Assembly (NCBI GenBank): GCA_000708835.1
Contig: DF237357.1
Location: 1 to 64,000 of the forward strand
Reading direction: 5' to 3'
Source: Klebsormidium nitens
Lineage: Eukaryota; Plantae; Klebsormidiophyceae
DNA length: 64,000 nt
Below the pieces are notes generated by a model, which was not told the DNA's origin, did not search any database, and saw only the letters and a program-made list of their open reading frames with translations. Positions 23,700 to 35,832 of this stretch are shown here, piece after piece. The position numbers and the translations under genes were made by a program. The number at the start of each line of letters is the position of its first letter. Positions within the stretch are counted from its first letter, which is position 1.

Positions 23700-23707
23700 G
23701 AATATTC
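23700..23707. promoter_or_regulatory. Candidate P1BS (GNATATNC) phosphate-starvation element
   Basis: GAATATTC at the centre of the 12-bp palindrome GCGAATATTCGC, between two divergent phosphatase genes. A single short motif, so chance occurrence is possible. Confidence 0.35.
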
Positions 23708-24799
23708 GCATTCCCGGCAGCTTTCCCGTCACTTAGAATCTGCCCACGTCATGGAGCGTCATGCTGTCCTCTCATAGGCTGCCACGTGATATGCAGGGGC
23801 CAAGATTCCCTGAGATGTCGACATACCTTCCATGTGAACAAGGATAAATCATAAACCCTGGTGGCCTAGGCAGCATCGCGAATCATCAAAGCAAGGCTGA
23901 GCGCACACTGCGCGCATCGCGAGCAAGCATCTGGTAAGCGAGCTACCCGTAGTAGTCCTATGTAAGTACGGTAGGTACTTCTATAAATACCAGGCTCGGT
24001 ACTGTCTTCAGGGTTGGGCAAACGACCGTAATGGAGGTTTCTCACCTGCTCAATGGCACACAAGCAGGCACATCAATCCTGCAGGGTCTTACCTCCGACT
24101 CTTACATATGCATACAGTACCGGTATACTCCAGGTCCACCCTCCAGCCTGCTAAGATTGGTCTACCGGTTGATGTCTTGCTCGAAAAACCTCAAGTGCTA
24201 CGTTTGCTGAGCTCTCGTGTAAGAATTCAGCAACCAAACAAGTCTCTTGAATCTTCTCTATCCAAACGCATGCTGCTCAGTGCGACGTAGTAGTAGTGGC
24301 GGAAGGGCAACAATTGGCAAGCTAGGACGGCTAGGCAGCACCACTCTATCAATCGGAGCAGATTGTAGCTAGCTTACCTCAAGGTGAGAATTGTTTTGTT
24401 GAGGCTGTCTGTGTGTGTTTTGAGCAAGCTGCTGGTGCCTTCGGCAATTCTGATTTCTGAAGTCTTCTTTTTTGATTTGATGCAACACGCGCACATTAGA
24501 ATCTGGCTCATGTAATCAAATTATCGAAGCGATTGACAATGTCCAATGAGACGGAACCCCTGCAACCAAAGTCACCTTATCTTAAAGGAAGCGTCAGCAT
24601 GGGAAAAGCTTTTTGAGTCTGACATGGTAGTCTTTTGGCAGCCTAGCAATGAGACGTGTCCTTCCGTTTTTTTGTGTCTTGAACATGTCCGAGGCAAGTT
24701 GAGATCCTACCAGATTGGTTTAGAGCAACTCTTGGGGTTGGCCTTGTGCTGCAATCTTGAGATAAGACTCGTGCAACATGTTCACGCAGATTCGGCGCA

Positions 24800-27700
24800 A
24801 TGGCTGTCACAATGAAGACTCTTGTCCTTCTGGCGGGGGTCTTGGCCGTCAGCATCGGTTTCGCAGGTAAGTCAGCTCAGCGAACTAAGCATTTAGCATC
24901 TATGCAGACTCCTTTGCTACGGTTCCACTAGAGCAGCTCAAACAAACCTTGTCAATCTGCGCAGCGAGCTGATCCTGATTGTTTGTGTCCAACATCATGC
25001 AACGTTTTTCTTTGACTAGCTTACCAGATGTTGAGATTCAACAGAGTGTATAACCTTCAGTCTGGGAACAATCACGCTCTCAACACCACTGAGGTCCCAG
25101 GTTTTCCTCCTCCTCCTCATTGTTAAAGGTTATCGATGGATACTCTGTAGGATCAAGATGTCCATGGATGTTGTGCGTGGTCGTCAGCTCTCATAAGTAC
25201 AGTCAGCTTCGAGAATGACCATGAGAATGCATCCAATTTTACAGGCGCACAAGGCCCTGCGTCAGCCCCAACCACAACCCGGTCCTCCAGCAACTCGTCC
25301 GCTTTGACGCCCGAGGAACAAGCGTACTTGCCGTACACCGATCCCCGCCTGGCCTTTTCTGCAAACAAGACCAGCTTCAAGATCCTCCAGGTGAATGCAA
25401 CAGATATTACCAGACAATTTCAAGCACAACACTGAAAGATCCCAAGAGGAAAAGCTTGCCTCAGCTTGGATAGATAAATCATCGACAATGTTTTGTCAAG
25501 CAAATCAGGATTAGTCTGGGAAAGAAGGTGAAGGGCATCAACAGTGACCTGTGGGAACCTTGCTGAGGTTATACTCTCATCTCAACTGCAATGAGCTCGA
25601 CATGTGTTGAACAGGTTGAAACGGAGTACAGTGGCAGTATAGGCAAGACGAGATTGGAAAGAGACTTCTAGAACCACCTCTCTGAGTCATGATCATGACA
25701 CAGATTCCCAAGAGCGTCATATGAGCAAACTGCCTTTCTCTCTGATAGCTTAGGTAAGTAATGCCAATTGGCATCTCGCTTCCTTCGGGTCAAGGAGCTA
25801 ATGGCTCAACCTGGGAATACTCTACACATTGCTGAGCCAGCAGCTCACACACGAGTAGTAAAGGCAGTGCCACACTCATCTCATAGACCACATCCCCTGC
25901 CAAACAGTTCTCGCTGATTCTAGCTCCAGCTTTGGGAGTCAATAAAGAGAGGGCCAAACAAGTTCTGCTTCATTCTGCAGATATGACAGTGTACGGTACT
26001 TGGGGGATGCTTTGAGCTGATAAAAAAGATTGTTTTGAGTACAGCAGGCCAGGACTGTCACACATGATAGCTAGAACCCTGTTCGCTTTTACACATCCAA
26101 GTTTCCTGTCATCCTTACGGCTGCCAGGACTCTAACTTATTGGCTGCTGTGCATACCTGGATCAGGTTTTGACTGCTTTCTCAGGTCATTGAAACAACAT
26201 CTTTCCATCTCCTCAAAGACTGGCCACATGTTACTGCTATGCTGTACGCACTTAACAACTCAAGCGCCGTGCCAAGAACTTTACTTTCCCAGGCTGCCAG
26301 TAAATCCCATGAGGCATTCCAGGAGGCTGATTAGAGATTGGCGCTTCTCGCCGCCTGGACCCTCTCTAACTTGAGTCCGAACTTCGCATCCCAGACATTG
26401 GGGGCCTTTCACACGCTTTGCATCTCGTACTGCTCTGCAGGTAGTTGTGATGACTTCGACAATGGCACCCCAGTGCCTGGATTCACTCCCGTCCAGCATG
26501 CAACTTTTGAGCGTCCAATCTCGTATCTGGCGATTCCATCGCTTATGTGCTTCTGCAGGTGGCTGATATGCACTACGGCAACGGCACTTCCCGGTGCCTG
26601 AACCTTCTGCCTGAGTGGGCCGCTGCCGGCAGCTGCAGTGACGTCAACACCACCGACTTCCTGGGCGTCCTCCTTGACCAGTCAGTACAGGAAGCTCATA
26701 TGCAAATAGTAATTGAATCACAGTCTCCTTTTGGAGACTGTGCATTGAAGGCTGCAAAAGCCTTTGAGAGTAAAGAGCCTTCATAATCTGCAAGAAGCAT
26801 CTTACGATACTCGGAATGGGAGGTAGATCATAGTAACCAAAGACCACCAAGTCCACCAGCAGATGATTGAGAAACCAGTCTTCGATCAGATGAGGTCCTC
26901 AGATGGAAAAAGAGATTTCGTATGGAAACCTGAGTCGCCAATCAAGATGAGGCCCTCGGATGACAAGAAAAGGTTTCGTTTCTGCGGGATCTCAGACCAA
27001 CTTGTTGCATTGTTGCAACATTGTGAGAATGCCCTAACCTCTGACCTTCAACTCGAGCACTTAGGCGTAATTGCTCTCCTCAATTCACCTCATGAGAGAA
27101 CATCTCGCACAACAGGTGGTGTTCCTTAATTATCACCTGAAAGGCAAGCTTAGAAAGCACGTTCCAGAGGTGCTGGCGCAATAGTCTCTCACCTTAGCCC
27201 TAGCACATTCTGACTCCTTGACGTATGTCTCAGGGAGAAGCCCGATCTGGTGGTCTTCACTGGGGACAACATCATGGCTCCTGACGTCAACGACCACGCC
27301 GTCAGCCAGCGCGCATGGAGGAAGCCGGTACGACTTGACGAATTAAAGTTAACAACTTCAAGAATCTCTGTTTGCACTTGTCGTAGTAAGCTATGACTGA
27401 CTCTGCAACTATTTGTTGTGAACCCAAATGTAGCCCGGCATCGTTACATCATCATCAGCTGCTTCCGGAAAGACAGCCATCTCTGCCGCCAGATTTTCGT
27501 GCTTGCAATCCGGGTTAACTCATGTATCTGAGATTCGCATGCTCTCATCATTTATGCAGAACCGAACATGGAAGGGCTGAGTCAGGGCTCGTAGTAAGAT
27601 ACAACCGTGTCCAAATGGACAGTCGAAGTCAAACAGGTTCAATTCTTTTGCTCTCGATGCAACAGGTTGAGGCGCGCAACATTCCTTTCATGACCATCTT

Positions 27701-30700
27701 CGGCAACCACGACGACGAGGTGGCAAAGGCGACCAACGCGACCGTGACACGTGAAACACTTATGACCGTCGATATGGAGAGCCCGATGAGCCTCTCCAAG
27801 CCGGGGCCGAAGGTGAGGGCTGATGATTTACATGATTGATCCAAAGGCTTGGACCTGCCGTAACCTTGGCCTTGAATCTTGAGCATGGGGGCTTGGTTTC
27901 AATGATGGTTCGAGCTTTCCTTTCGTAAGGGTTTTGGGCGTAAGTGTGTGGTGAAGCCGGCCCTACAGCTCGTGATAGCATGGAACTGGGAATACTAGGC
28001 AAATTGAACGGAATCCGGGCGGACTGGGCACAGGTACTCAAGAAGTTACTGGACCATTGAAGGCTTTAGAAACATCGTCAGCTAGCTCTTAAATGGGTGG
28101 CCTAGAGACGTGCTAAAGCTTGGGGTCTGTGGTCCTCTGCCTCGTAGCATAGGCGTCGAGGATCCGTGGTGATTGATTCGGCTTGGTGGAGTTTGAGCCA
28201 GTACAATTGCTCGCTGGTGGCAGATTTGTCAACCTTGGAAGACAGGGTCAGCAAATCTACCGTTAATTGTCGTCAAGGAGGCAGATCTGATCGCTTGAAG
28301 ATTGGATTGTGCTGTATTAAGCATTCAGCGCATCCTTTCCCGCGGCTTTAGATTTAGTTGAGATTCCGCCCTCTTTCCAAACTCGTCTCCTAGAGGAAGT
28401 TTGAACGATGTCTCCAGATTCGCATACAGCAGATGTTCTGAGTCGGACCCGCGATTTGATTTAATCGACACAGAAGGCATAGACCGGACTAATTCTGACT
28501 AGCGACTTCCTTCTGTGACTCGACAGGGCCTCTTCGGAACCGGTACCTATGCTTACGCCATCAATGACGCCAGCGGCAAGCCCAAGTTCGTCCTGTACCT
28601 GCTGGACAGCGGCAGCTATGACGTCACCGGACGTCTGAAGGGCAGCTACGGCTGGATCCATGCCAACCAGATCACGTGGTACAACCAGACGTCACGTGCC
28701 GTTGAGAAGCAGGTAAGATCCGCTTCGACTTGGACAATCGCCATTTTGCTTAGGTTACGCCCTCAATAGCCGTCTGTGAAGCTGCCATTTCGGCGAAGTA
28801 TCATAATCAAAACTTCTTTCAAAGATGCACCCGTCTCGACATTGTTATGCGCGGCTTTAATCCCAGTGTACTGGAAGTTGTGCGACGGCACATTTTGCCC
28901 AATGCAATATGAGCTTTGACGAGCTTAGGAGCACTCCTATGAGTTAACGCACTGAGTAATTGCACTCGTTCCGGAGTCGTTCACTTTGGTTGATTCCATT
29001 TCGGCATCCAGTCGGTTGTCGCTTTCTTCAGAAGCCGTTTTGGTCGTCCCTGCTTCAACTAACCAGCTGGAACCCATAGACAGAAGATGCGTCTTTTGCC
29101 TGACAACTCACTTGCGCCGTAACGCTTATGCAGAACGGCGGCCAGAACGTCACCGCCGTCGGCTTCTACCACATCCCCATCCCCGAGTACGAGAACGCCT
29201 TCACCTGCGCTTGCACTGCCGTCAGCAACGGTCAGCCCAGCAGGACCTCTTTCGCCGACTTCGGAAACGGAACCACGCTCGCCGGAACGGGGCTCAAGAC
29301 CCAGACCGGTTGCACTAACCAAGTAAGGAGTCATCCTTGAGCAACAAGGCTTTTTCGTTTAGGGGGTTCCCCTTGGGTTCAACTTTTGTGGGTTAAAACA
29401 CTTAATTCAAGTCACCAAGGGTCCAACCAGCATGACGTCTTTTGCCGATTTTGGAAACGGCACCACGCTTGCCGGACCGGAGCTTAGCTGCATACCTTAG
29501 ATCTCAGACTGGTGGCGCTAACCACGTAAGCAATCATCCTACAAAGCCCGCGCCAGTCCCCCCTTTCAATTTCCGTTCCCTTCGCGTCAATCGAAGCCCG
29601 CCAAATTCAGGCTTATCACTTTGACACTTCTCTACGAACCTCCTACGTCGTCGTTTGGCAGAGATGACGTCTAAATCTCCTGCTGCAACTCTGTTTTCTT
29701 GCCAACGACAAACTTATCATATGAGAACGACCCGTCTCAATGTCTCAAGGCCCGTTCGTTTGACATTATTTCCCAGGCCTGCTACGGCATCAAGCAGGAG
29801 GGCGTCTACAGTGCCAGCGTCCACTCCCCGTCCTCTTAGCGCCGGTAAAACTGTGTCAATAAAAATTTATGCCGCTGACGCTTGTCCTTTTGACACTGTT
29901 TCCCAGACCTGCTATGGCGTCAAGCAGGAGGGCGTCTACAATGCCAGCGTCAACTCCGGTCTGTGGACACCTTAACCATAATCCTTCTTAACTCCGGTTC
30001 GCTTGACACTTTTTTGCAGACCTGCTATGGCGTCAAGCAGGAGGGCGTGTACAGTGCCAGCGTCAACTCCGGTCTGCTGGCCGCCATCGTTGAGCGCGGT
30101 GACATCAAGATGATGAACGTGGGTCACGACCACGTCAACGACTACTGCGCCTCGTTCCAGGGCGTGCAGTTCTGCTATGCCGGCGGGTTTGGATACCATG
30201 CGTACAACACGGAAGGTGAGCGGAACGAACGGAACTGGAAGAACGCCGTTGCTGCAGCGGAGGAACGCTTGTTCCGCGCGTTCCTCGCTTTTGCCTTTGC
30301 GAATTTTGTCTCTCCGTTTACTTTCTCGCCCCGCATACCATTACACTAGCAATTTCTAAGTGGAGGTTCGTAAGGGCTCAAGCTTTGTGTGTGTATCTGT
30401 CCCCACCTCAAGGTTCTGCAGAAGTCCAAGCACAGCGAAGCTTATAGCCTTGCCTGTTAACCTTGCGGCCTCTGTGTGGCCCTTTTGTCCGTACTAGTTC
30501 AATGATAAGAGACGGAGAGCCCATGATGCTGAATCGTTCAGAAACGCTTCATAATCAGTTATTCTGGGCTCTTAAGTTGACTCAATGCTTAAGGGCCAGA
30601 CAATCCAACTCAGTCAGGATTTCTTTGGTAGAAGGCGCTCTGGCTAGCAGCTGCTAAGTGGGCTAGGTTGGCAGATTGTGTGCAGGTTTCCGCAGCAAAA

Positions 30701-30856
30701 TTGGTCTTCTTTCTCGCAGGCTTCCCCCGGCGCGCACGTGTGATCACCCTGTCGGCCAACGGCACTATCTCCACATACAAGGCCCTCGATGCGTTTGCCA
30801 CGCCGCCTTACGCTACCCAGGACTTCCAGCAGATCTACCCGTCCCCGTCCGTCTAA
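24800..30856 (+). CDS. Secreted calcineurin-like metallophosphoesterase, purple acid phosphatase PAP14/16/28/29 (Dcr2-like) group; 9 exons, about 427 aa
   Basis: join(24800..24866,25245..25390,26559..26680,27234..27327,27666..27812,28527..28712,29134..29322,30020..30215,30720..30856); phases consistent. Signal peptide MAVTMKTLVLLAGVLAVSIGFA. Motifs FKILQVADMHY, KPDLVVFTGDNI, FGNHD, LYLLDSG, YGWIHANQITW, FYHIPIPEY, VGHDHVNDYC, CYAGGFGYHAY, RRARVI. Confidence 0.92.
29420..29970 (+). repeat. Intronic duplicates of PAP exon 7 (3' part) and exon 8 (acceptor plus 5' end, two copies)
   Basis: 29420-29490 mirrors CCCAGCAGGACCTCTTTCGCCGACTTCGGAAACGG. TTGACA...CAG|(A/G)CCTGCTA(C/T)GGC(A/G)TCAAGCAGGAGGGCGT occurs with acceptors at 29776, 29906 and 30019 (functional). 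Confidence 0.9.
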
Positions 30857-32385
30857 GATGCAATGTTAAGCTACAAACTTTATTGCTCGGAGGTGATTAC
30901 TGTCCGGTCAAGTTGACTGCAATTCTTGGATCCAAAAACGTATAAGATATTTGAAGAGCCTGTGACCTCCACCGAGGCTTTTCAAAGAGTCAATTAAAAC
31001 CAGCGTATATGGAATAGTCTTAGGAAGTTGATGTGAGTCCTGTAAGTCCAGCAGAAAGGTGCTGGCCGTATGTTTTTACTGTAAACCGAGACAAGGATAT
31101 GAGGCGTCTTGCAGCCTGGCAGGAAGGTGCTACATCTTTGTTGAGGTCGTACAAAATCAACCTGTCACTTCCGAATTGATATGTTGTGCTTTTCAGGAGC
31201 TCGAGTTATAGTAGTACTACTACAACGTACACGTCTAAAGCAATGACATTCTTACCATCGTTTACGAGTTTCTATCATGCGAGCTGTCGGACGGTCACTC
31301 GCTCAGCTAGCTGGCGGCCGGGGCCGTGCGTTTGCAGGTGATACGGATTCCAAGATGTTCTCAGTTGATGTGGGAGTTCATCTCGGGAGCAGTTCTGATC
31401 AGATTAAACATGGTGGGTGCACGTAGCTGCCGCCGCTCTTCATTCGGTAATCGGCCGGCCCCGTAGAAGAAGAATTGGATATGATGTACCACCACTGGTA
31501 ACAGCTAGCTCATGCCCACTCAGCTATAGAATGCATGGTAGTGCAATCATGCATGCGATTGTACGTCACATGGTCTCGGTCACTCTCGGGTACGTACAAT
31601 TTTCTGCCAGTGCACATGTGTGACATGCTTTATTTGGCTTGCGTGCCAGACATGCGGCCAATTCCTCACACGTACCGTCTGCATGCACGCGGCGCTAGGC
31701 TGCATGATAAGCTGCAGTGCGCTATGTTCGATCATGCATTCTACGTACGTGTGTATATATGCCATGATGAGAGCTGATTCAATCCGATTACGAGGGTTCT
31801 CGACCCCAGGCTGTAAGCCCAATCAATCAGTTCAACTGATCAGCAGCCTAGCTCGTTACAAGAATGATTATGCGACTGTGCAGTGCACATGAGTGGTGCG
31901 CGGCGACCAGGACTCTAGAATGCGGTTGACAAACGTTGGTCATGTATGTAGCCTAATTTTACGGCTGGCCGCGCGGCGAGGACTTGCAGCGCAGTGAAGC
32001 TAGGCGGTCTACTAACGAACTAAACGTGTATCAGCATAGACTCAAAGATTAAGCTTGGAGAAGGTCTCTCCGTTGGCCCTCAAAGACTCGATTCAACTTG
32101 GTAAGAGCCCTAACCTCCTCAATCCGAGGCCGGCATCCACTACAAGAAGTCTCCGATTGCGGCGGGGCAACCAGCCGGCTTAGCAAGACTACAGCAAAGC
32201 TACTTTGATATAAAAGCTTGTCGATAATGTTTTGGTGCGCGAAAGCCTGCATTCAAACACCTACTGAACTTTAAAACCTTGGCTGCGGCAAATTATGGCA
32301 AAAGATTATGTTTGGATGCTGTACCTATACACATTTTCAAAGCTACGCGCGAGCTACACAATTAAGTAATACCTACCCTAAAGAA

Positions 32386-35300
32386 TCACAAAGTTCGAGC
32401 CGTATGTCTTTGTCTGCTTCGCGCCCTCTGCAGGATGATCCGAGCCTGGTCGAAAACGCTGGCGAAGTCATTCAAAGGAATCGTGAGGTGCTCCCCATGA
32501 TGCTCCATGAACTCCGGGTTCTCCCCAAGAGTCTTGCAACCTTCGTCGAGTGCAACGACCTGCGACAAGTCACACGTGGCCTTGAATTTGATACTGCAAA
32601 GCGCCTAATTCAAGGCTACTTCGTGAACGAGGACACAAAGGGTTTCATAGATCGTTCTGATTTCAAGAACGGCATCGAGGGAGAGCAACGGACAACCATT
32701 TAATGACAGAACGAGTAGAAAGTCTGCAAAGAGAACCGCGTATTGAGATGACGTCCCTGCGGGAACAAGCACACGAAGATCGTACTTCTTGAAGGTAGAA
32801 GGAAGATTCAATTCGTGAAACGTGGTAACAGCAGGAACCCAGGAAAATTGATTGATCGAACGGATTCAAAAGAACAGGGGCTATCGGAATATCGAAGACG
32901 AGCAATTACCGGCACTTTCAGTCGGCCTGTTCAGAAAGGAAGCAGTAAAGAGGAAATATGGCAGCATGAAGGGAACGGAGAACCCCCGATAGACGGGTAA
33001 CGAGCACGCAATCAGCATGAGTACCACGAGTACTCAGGAAAGAGCTGGAGAAGAATATTTAGGCACCTCACCGACTCCAGGTAGTTCTTTCCGGTCAGCA
33101 CGGCCAGGTTCCGGTACAGCGGAATCCGCCAGTAGCAGTTCGTGACCTCGATCACGACTGCGTCCGGCGCCGCAAAAATCGCGTTCGTCAGCCCCGCGCC
33201 GTGCATCCCGAAAATGATGCTCGCGTTCCTGGTCATGCCAATAATCTCCCTCAGCCGTTCCCTATACGTTCGGGTACTGCTTCCAGGCGCGTAGATCGAA
33301 TACGGCACCGGGAACGCCGCCTCGACTTCCTTCGTGTTGAGCAGCGTCCTGACCGTGTTTTCCCGCTTGAAATACAACACGCGGTCCTTTTCCGGGAGCG
33401 GCGGTTTGCTGCCAAACCCGAGCGCCTCTGTGACGAGGTTAACAAACCCGGCGAGCATGGGGTCTTCGCTCGTGTCGGTCGTTCGGCAGTGCCACGGCCA
33501 CCCCTCGTTCCCGACAAAGTAAACGCTCTCGTAACATCCCAAGTGCTGCGATGTGTTCTGCAGTTCGATGTCGACGAAATTGATGCTCGCGGGGCGGAAT
33601 GCTTCCATAAAGACCGTGTGCCGTTCTCGGGCTGTTGCAATAAGTTCGGGGCTCTTGATTTCGTTCGGTTTCCCGGAGAGACACTCGTAGAATTCCACGT
33701 GGATCCCCTCTAAGGATTCGAGCCCCAGCTTTTGCAAGGCAACATAAGTGGAGTAATAAGCGAGCCCCATCGAGTGGAAAAAGTTGTAGTCGCACCTGTA
33801 AGAGGAATCTTGGTCAGCACCTTTGGAGTTATCATGTCAATGACGCTGATTACGGAATTAGTGGAGTAGATCAGTCGTCGATTTTTGCACACTAAAGACA
33901 CCGAAAATGTGATGAGCGGTTGGGGTTTCACCCATTCCAATCAGGAAAAAAGTCGAAAAATAGAAGCTTTGCTTTTGTCATCGTAGTGAAGAAACAATGT
34001 TTTCAGAATGCTCTTGTTCCTCATTCTCATGGCAGTAGGCTGGTTATGTTACCGTGTTGGCCGTGAGTTTCACCTGTCCTCTTACAGGGCTGGTCGGCAA
34101 CTGCTGGAGCTAGCAAGGATCAAGCAAGCTGCTTTTATAAATGTTGGGCTTTTGATGCAGTCCACGTCTGATGTGTCACTTCTCTCACGACTGGGCATAC
34201 TATTCCTTATCGCGCCACATCTCGAAAAGATGCAATTGCAGCTCTCTGATAGTGTGCAGTCCGAAGGCTTGGCATGCACTGTTGGTAGAAGCGATGCAGA
34301 GCGCAATAGCTGTCCTTCAAATTGCGCGAGACTTAAAGATCGATCTTCTGTACATCTGTCAATCTTATCACGAACCAAAGTTGACGAGGGCCCTTGCTTG
34401 TTGCCAATTTCAGTCATGAGAATGGTTTGAGACACGATTCTTGAGCTCGCCTCTTATGTAACCAAGCCCTTTCTTGTCGCAACTCCACCTCTTCCGACTC
34501 AACGAGCTTCTGCTAACCTCATTCTTGTTCTTCAAACGCTGAGGCTGGCTAGAAGATGCCCTTGCCCTTTTCCAGAACGTGCTTTTTCCGTTGCCTTAGG
34601 ACCTACCTCTTTGAGGAAAGACTTGAAGGAGAGAGTCGTCTGCCGAATTTCCACTCATTCGCTGTGGCAACTTGAAGCCTTTTCAACAAATCTCTTATAG
34701 AACTACAGAGGGTGCATATGCTTGTACTAAGGGAAGAAAACGCAAAAGCAAAGAACCTTTGGCAACTACACAGGTATCTGACTTCCTGATGAAAACGCTT
34801 CAATTCTGTAAGAGGAAAGAATAGAGACATTCAAGACTGTTTAAAAGGAGCAGCAAAAGAATTATATCAAGTCGTCAAGCAGTCACTTTGGCCCATTCTG
34901 AAATATCGGTGTAAAGTCATATCAAGTCACTGGCCATCTTACCCTTTCTGGAACAGATTCCTTTCAACAAGCGAATGAAAATCCAAGAACCAAGAACCAA
35001 GAACCAAGGACCAAGAACCAAGAAGCAAGAACCAAGAAATCCAAGAACCAAGAAATCCAAGAATCAACAGTTAGCCAAGAAGAAAGAAGGGAAGAAACAC
35101 CGCTGGTAGAAGACCAACAAAAGATCAGTATCAGCACCTGTTGCCTCACCCTTCTTGTGCGCAGTACACAATGAACGTCTTTGGCTTCCAGATGATACGC
35201 TGTCCCTCGGGCTGCAGCACCCCCCCCTCTGGAAGGGGACCCGCCATGTTGATCGGCAACCGTTTCCCCATGTGCCAACACGAGCGACCACCATACATTG

Positions 35301-35832
35301 CCGCCCGTCCTTGCACCTGTGCGCACTCCCGACCTAGTCCTACTACGTCTATGTAGGGCTGACCTGCCTCATAAGAGCTGGCGGTCGGGTGCGGCGGACT
35401 CAGGTCTCGGCGGGTCAGGCACACTTGCTCTAGTTGCATCGCGCAGAGTTCATCTTGGTTGCAGAAGTCATTCGGTCTCTTTAGACGGGGGTCCGTTTTG
35501 CCAATGGCTGGGATGGAATGTGGAACGAAGCGACAGGAGGAAGGAGATGCCAATGTTGTTTCTTGATGAAAGAACTGGTCCCCGCTGCATTCGTGAAGTG
35601 TCTCCCGTCTTCCTTGGCGCTTGTGCGTTCCATCTCCTTGGAAGCGGTTGCTACTTGTGTCATTGACTGGGTCCAAACGAAGACTTATGAACCAGCAAAG
35701 CTGATAGAACGCAGCAAGCACTGCCAGCGACAAGGTTATGCGCCTGAGGTTCACCAAGAACAGGCGTTTGGAGAGCAGAACATAACGTCGAATGCGGAAG
35801 CCCTTTGCATCTGTCTTGGAGCTTGAAGCCAT
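32386..35832 (-). CDS. Glycosyltransferase family 61 (DUF563) type II membrane protein; 3 exons, about 526 aa
   Basis: complement(join(32386..32559,33072..33795,35150..35832)). N-terminal TM segment (ITLSLAVLAAFYQLCWFISL). GT61 motifs VYCAQEGCDYNFFH, YFKRENTVRTLLN, IIFGMHGAGLTNAIF, VVIEV, YRNLAVLTGKNY, HLTIPLNDFASVF. An optional in-frame 120-nt exon at 34607..34726 cannot be excluded. Confidence 0.82.
34983..35063 (+). repeat. (CCAAGAA)n heptamer tandem repeat, about 11 units, in GT61 intron 1
   Basis: Direct reading: CCAAGAA units with 2 variant units and two AT insertions. Confidence 0.9.
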
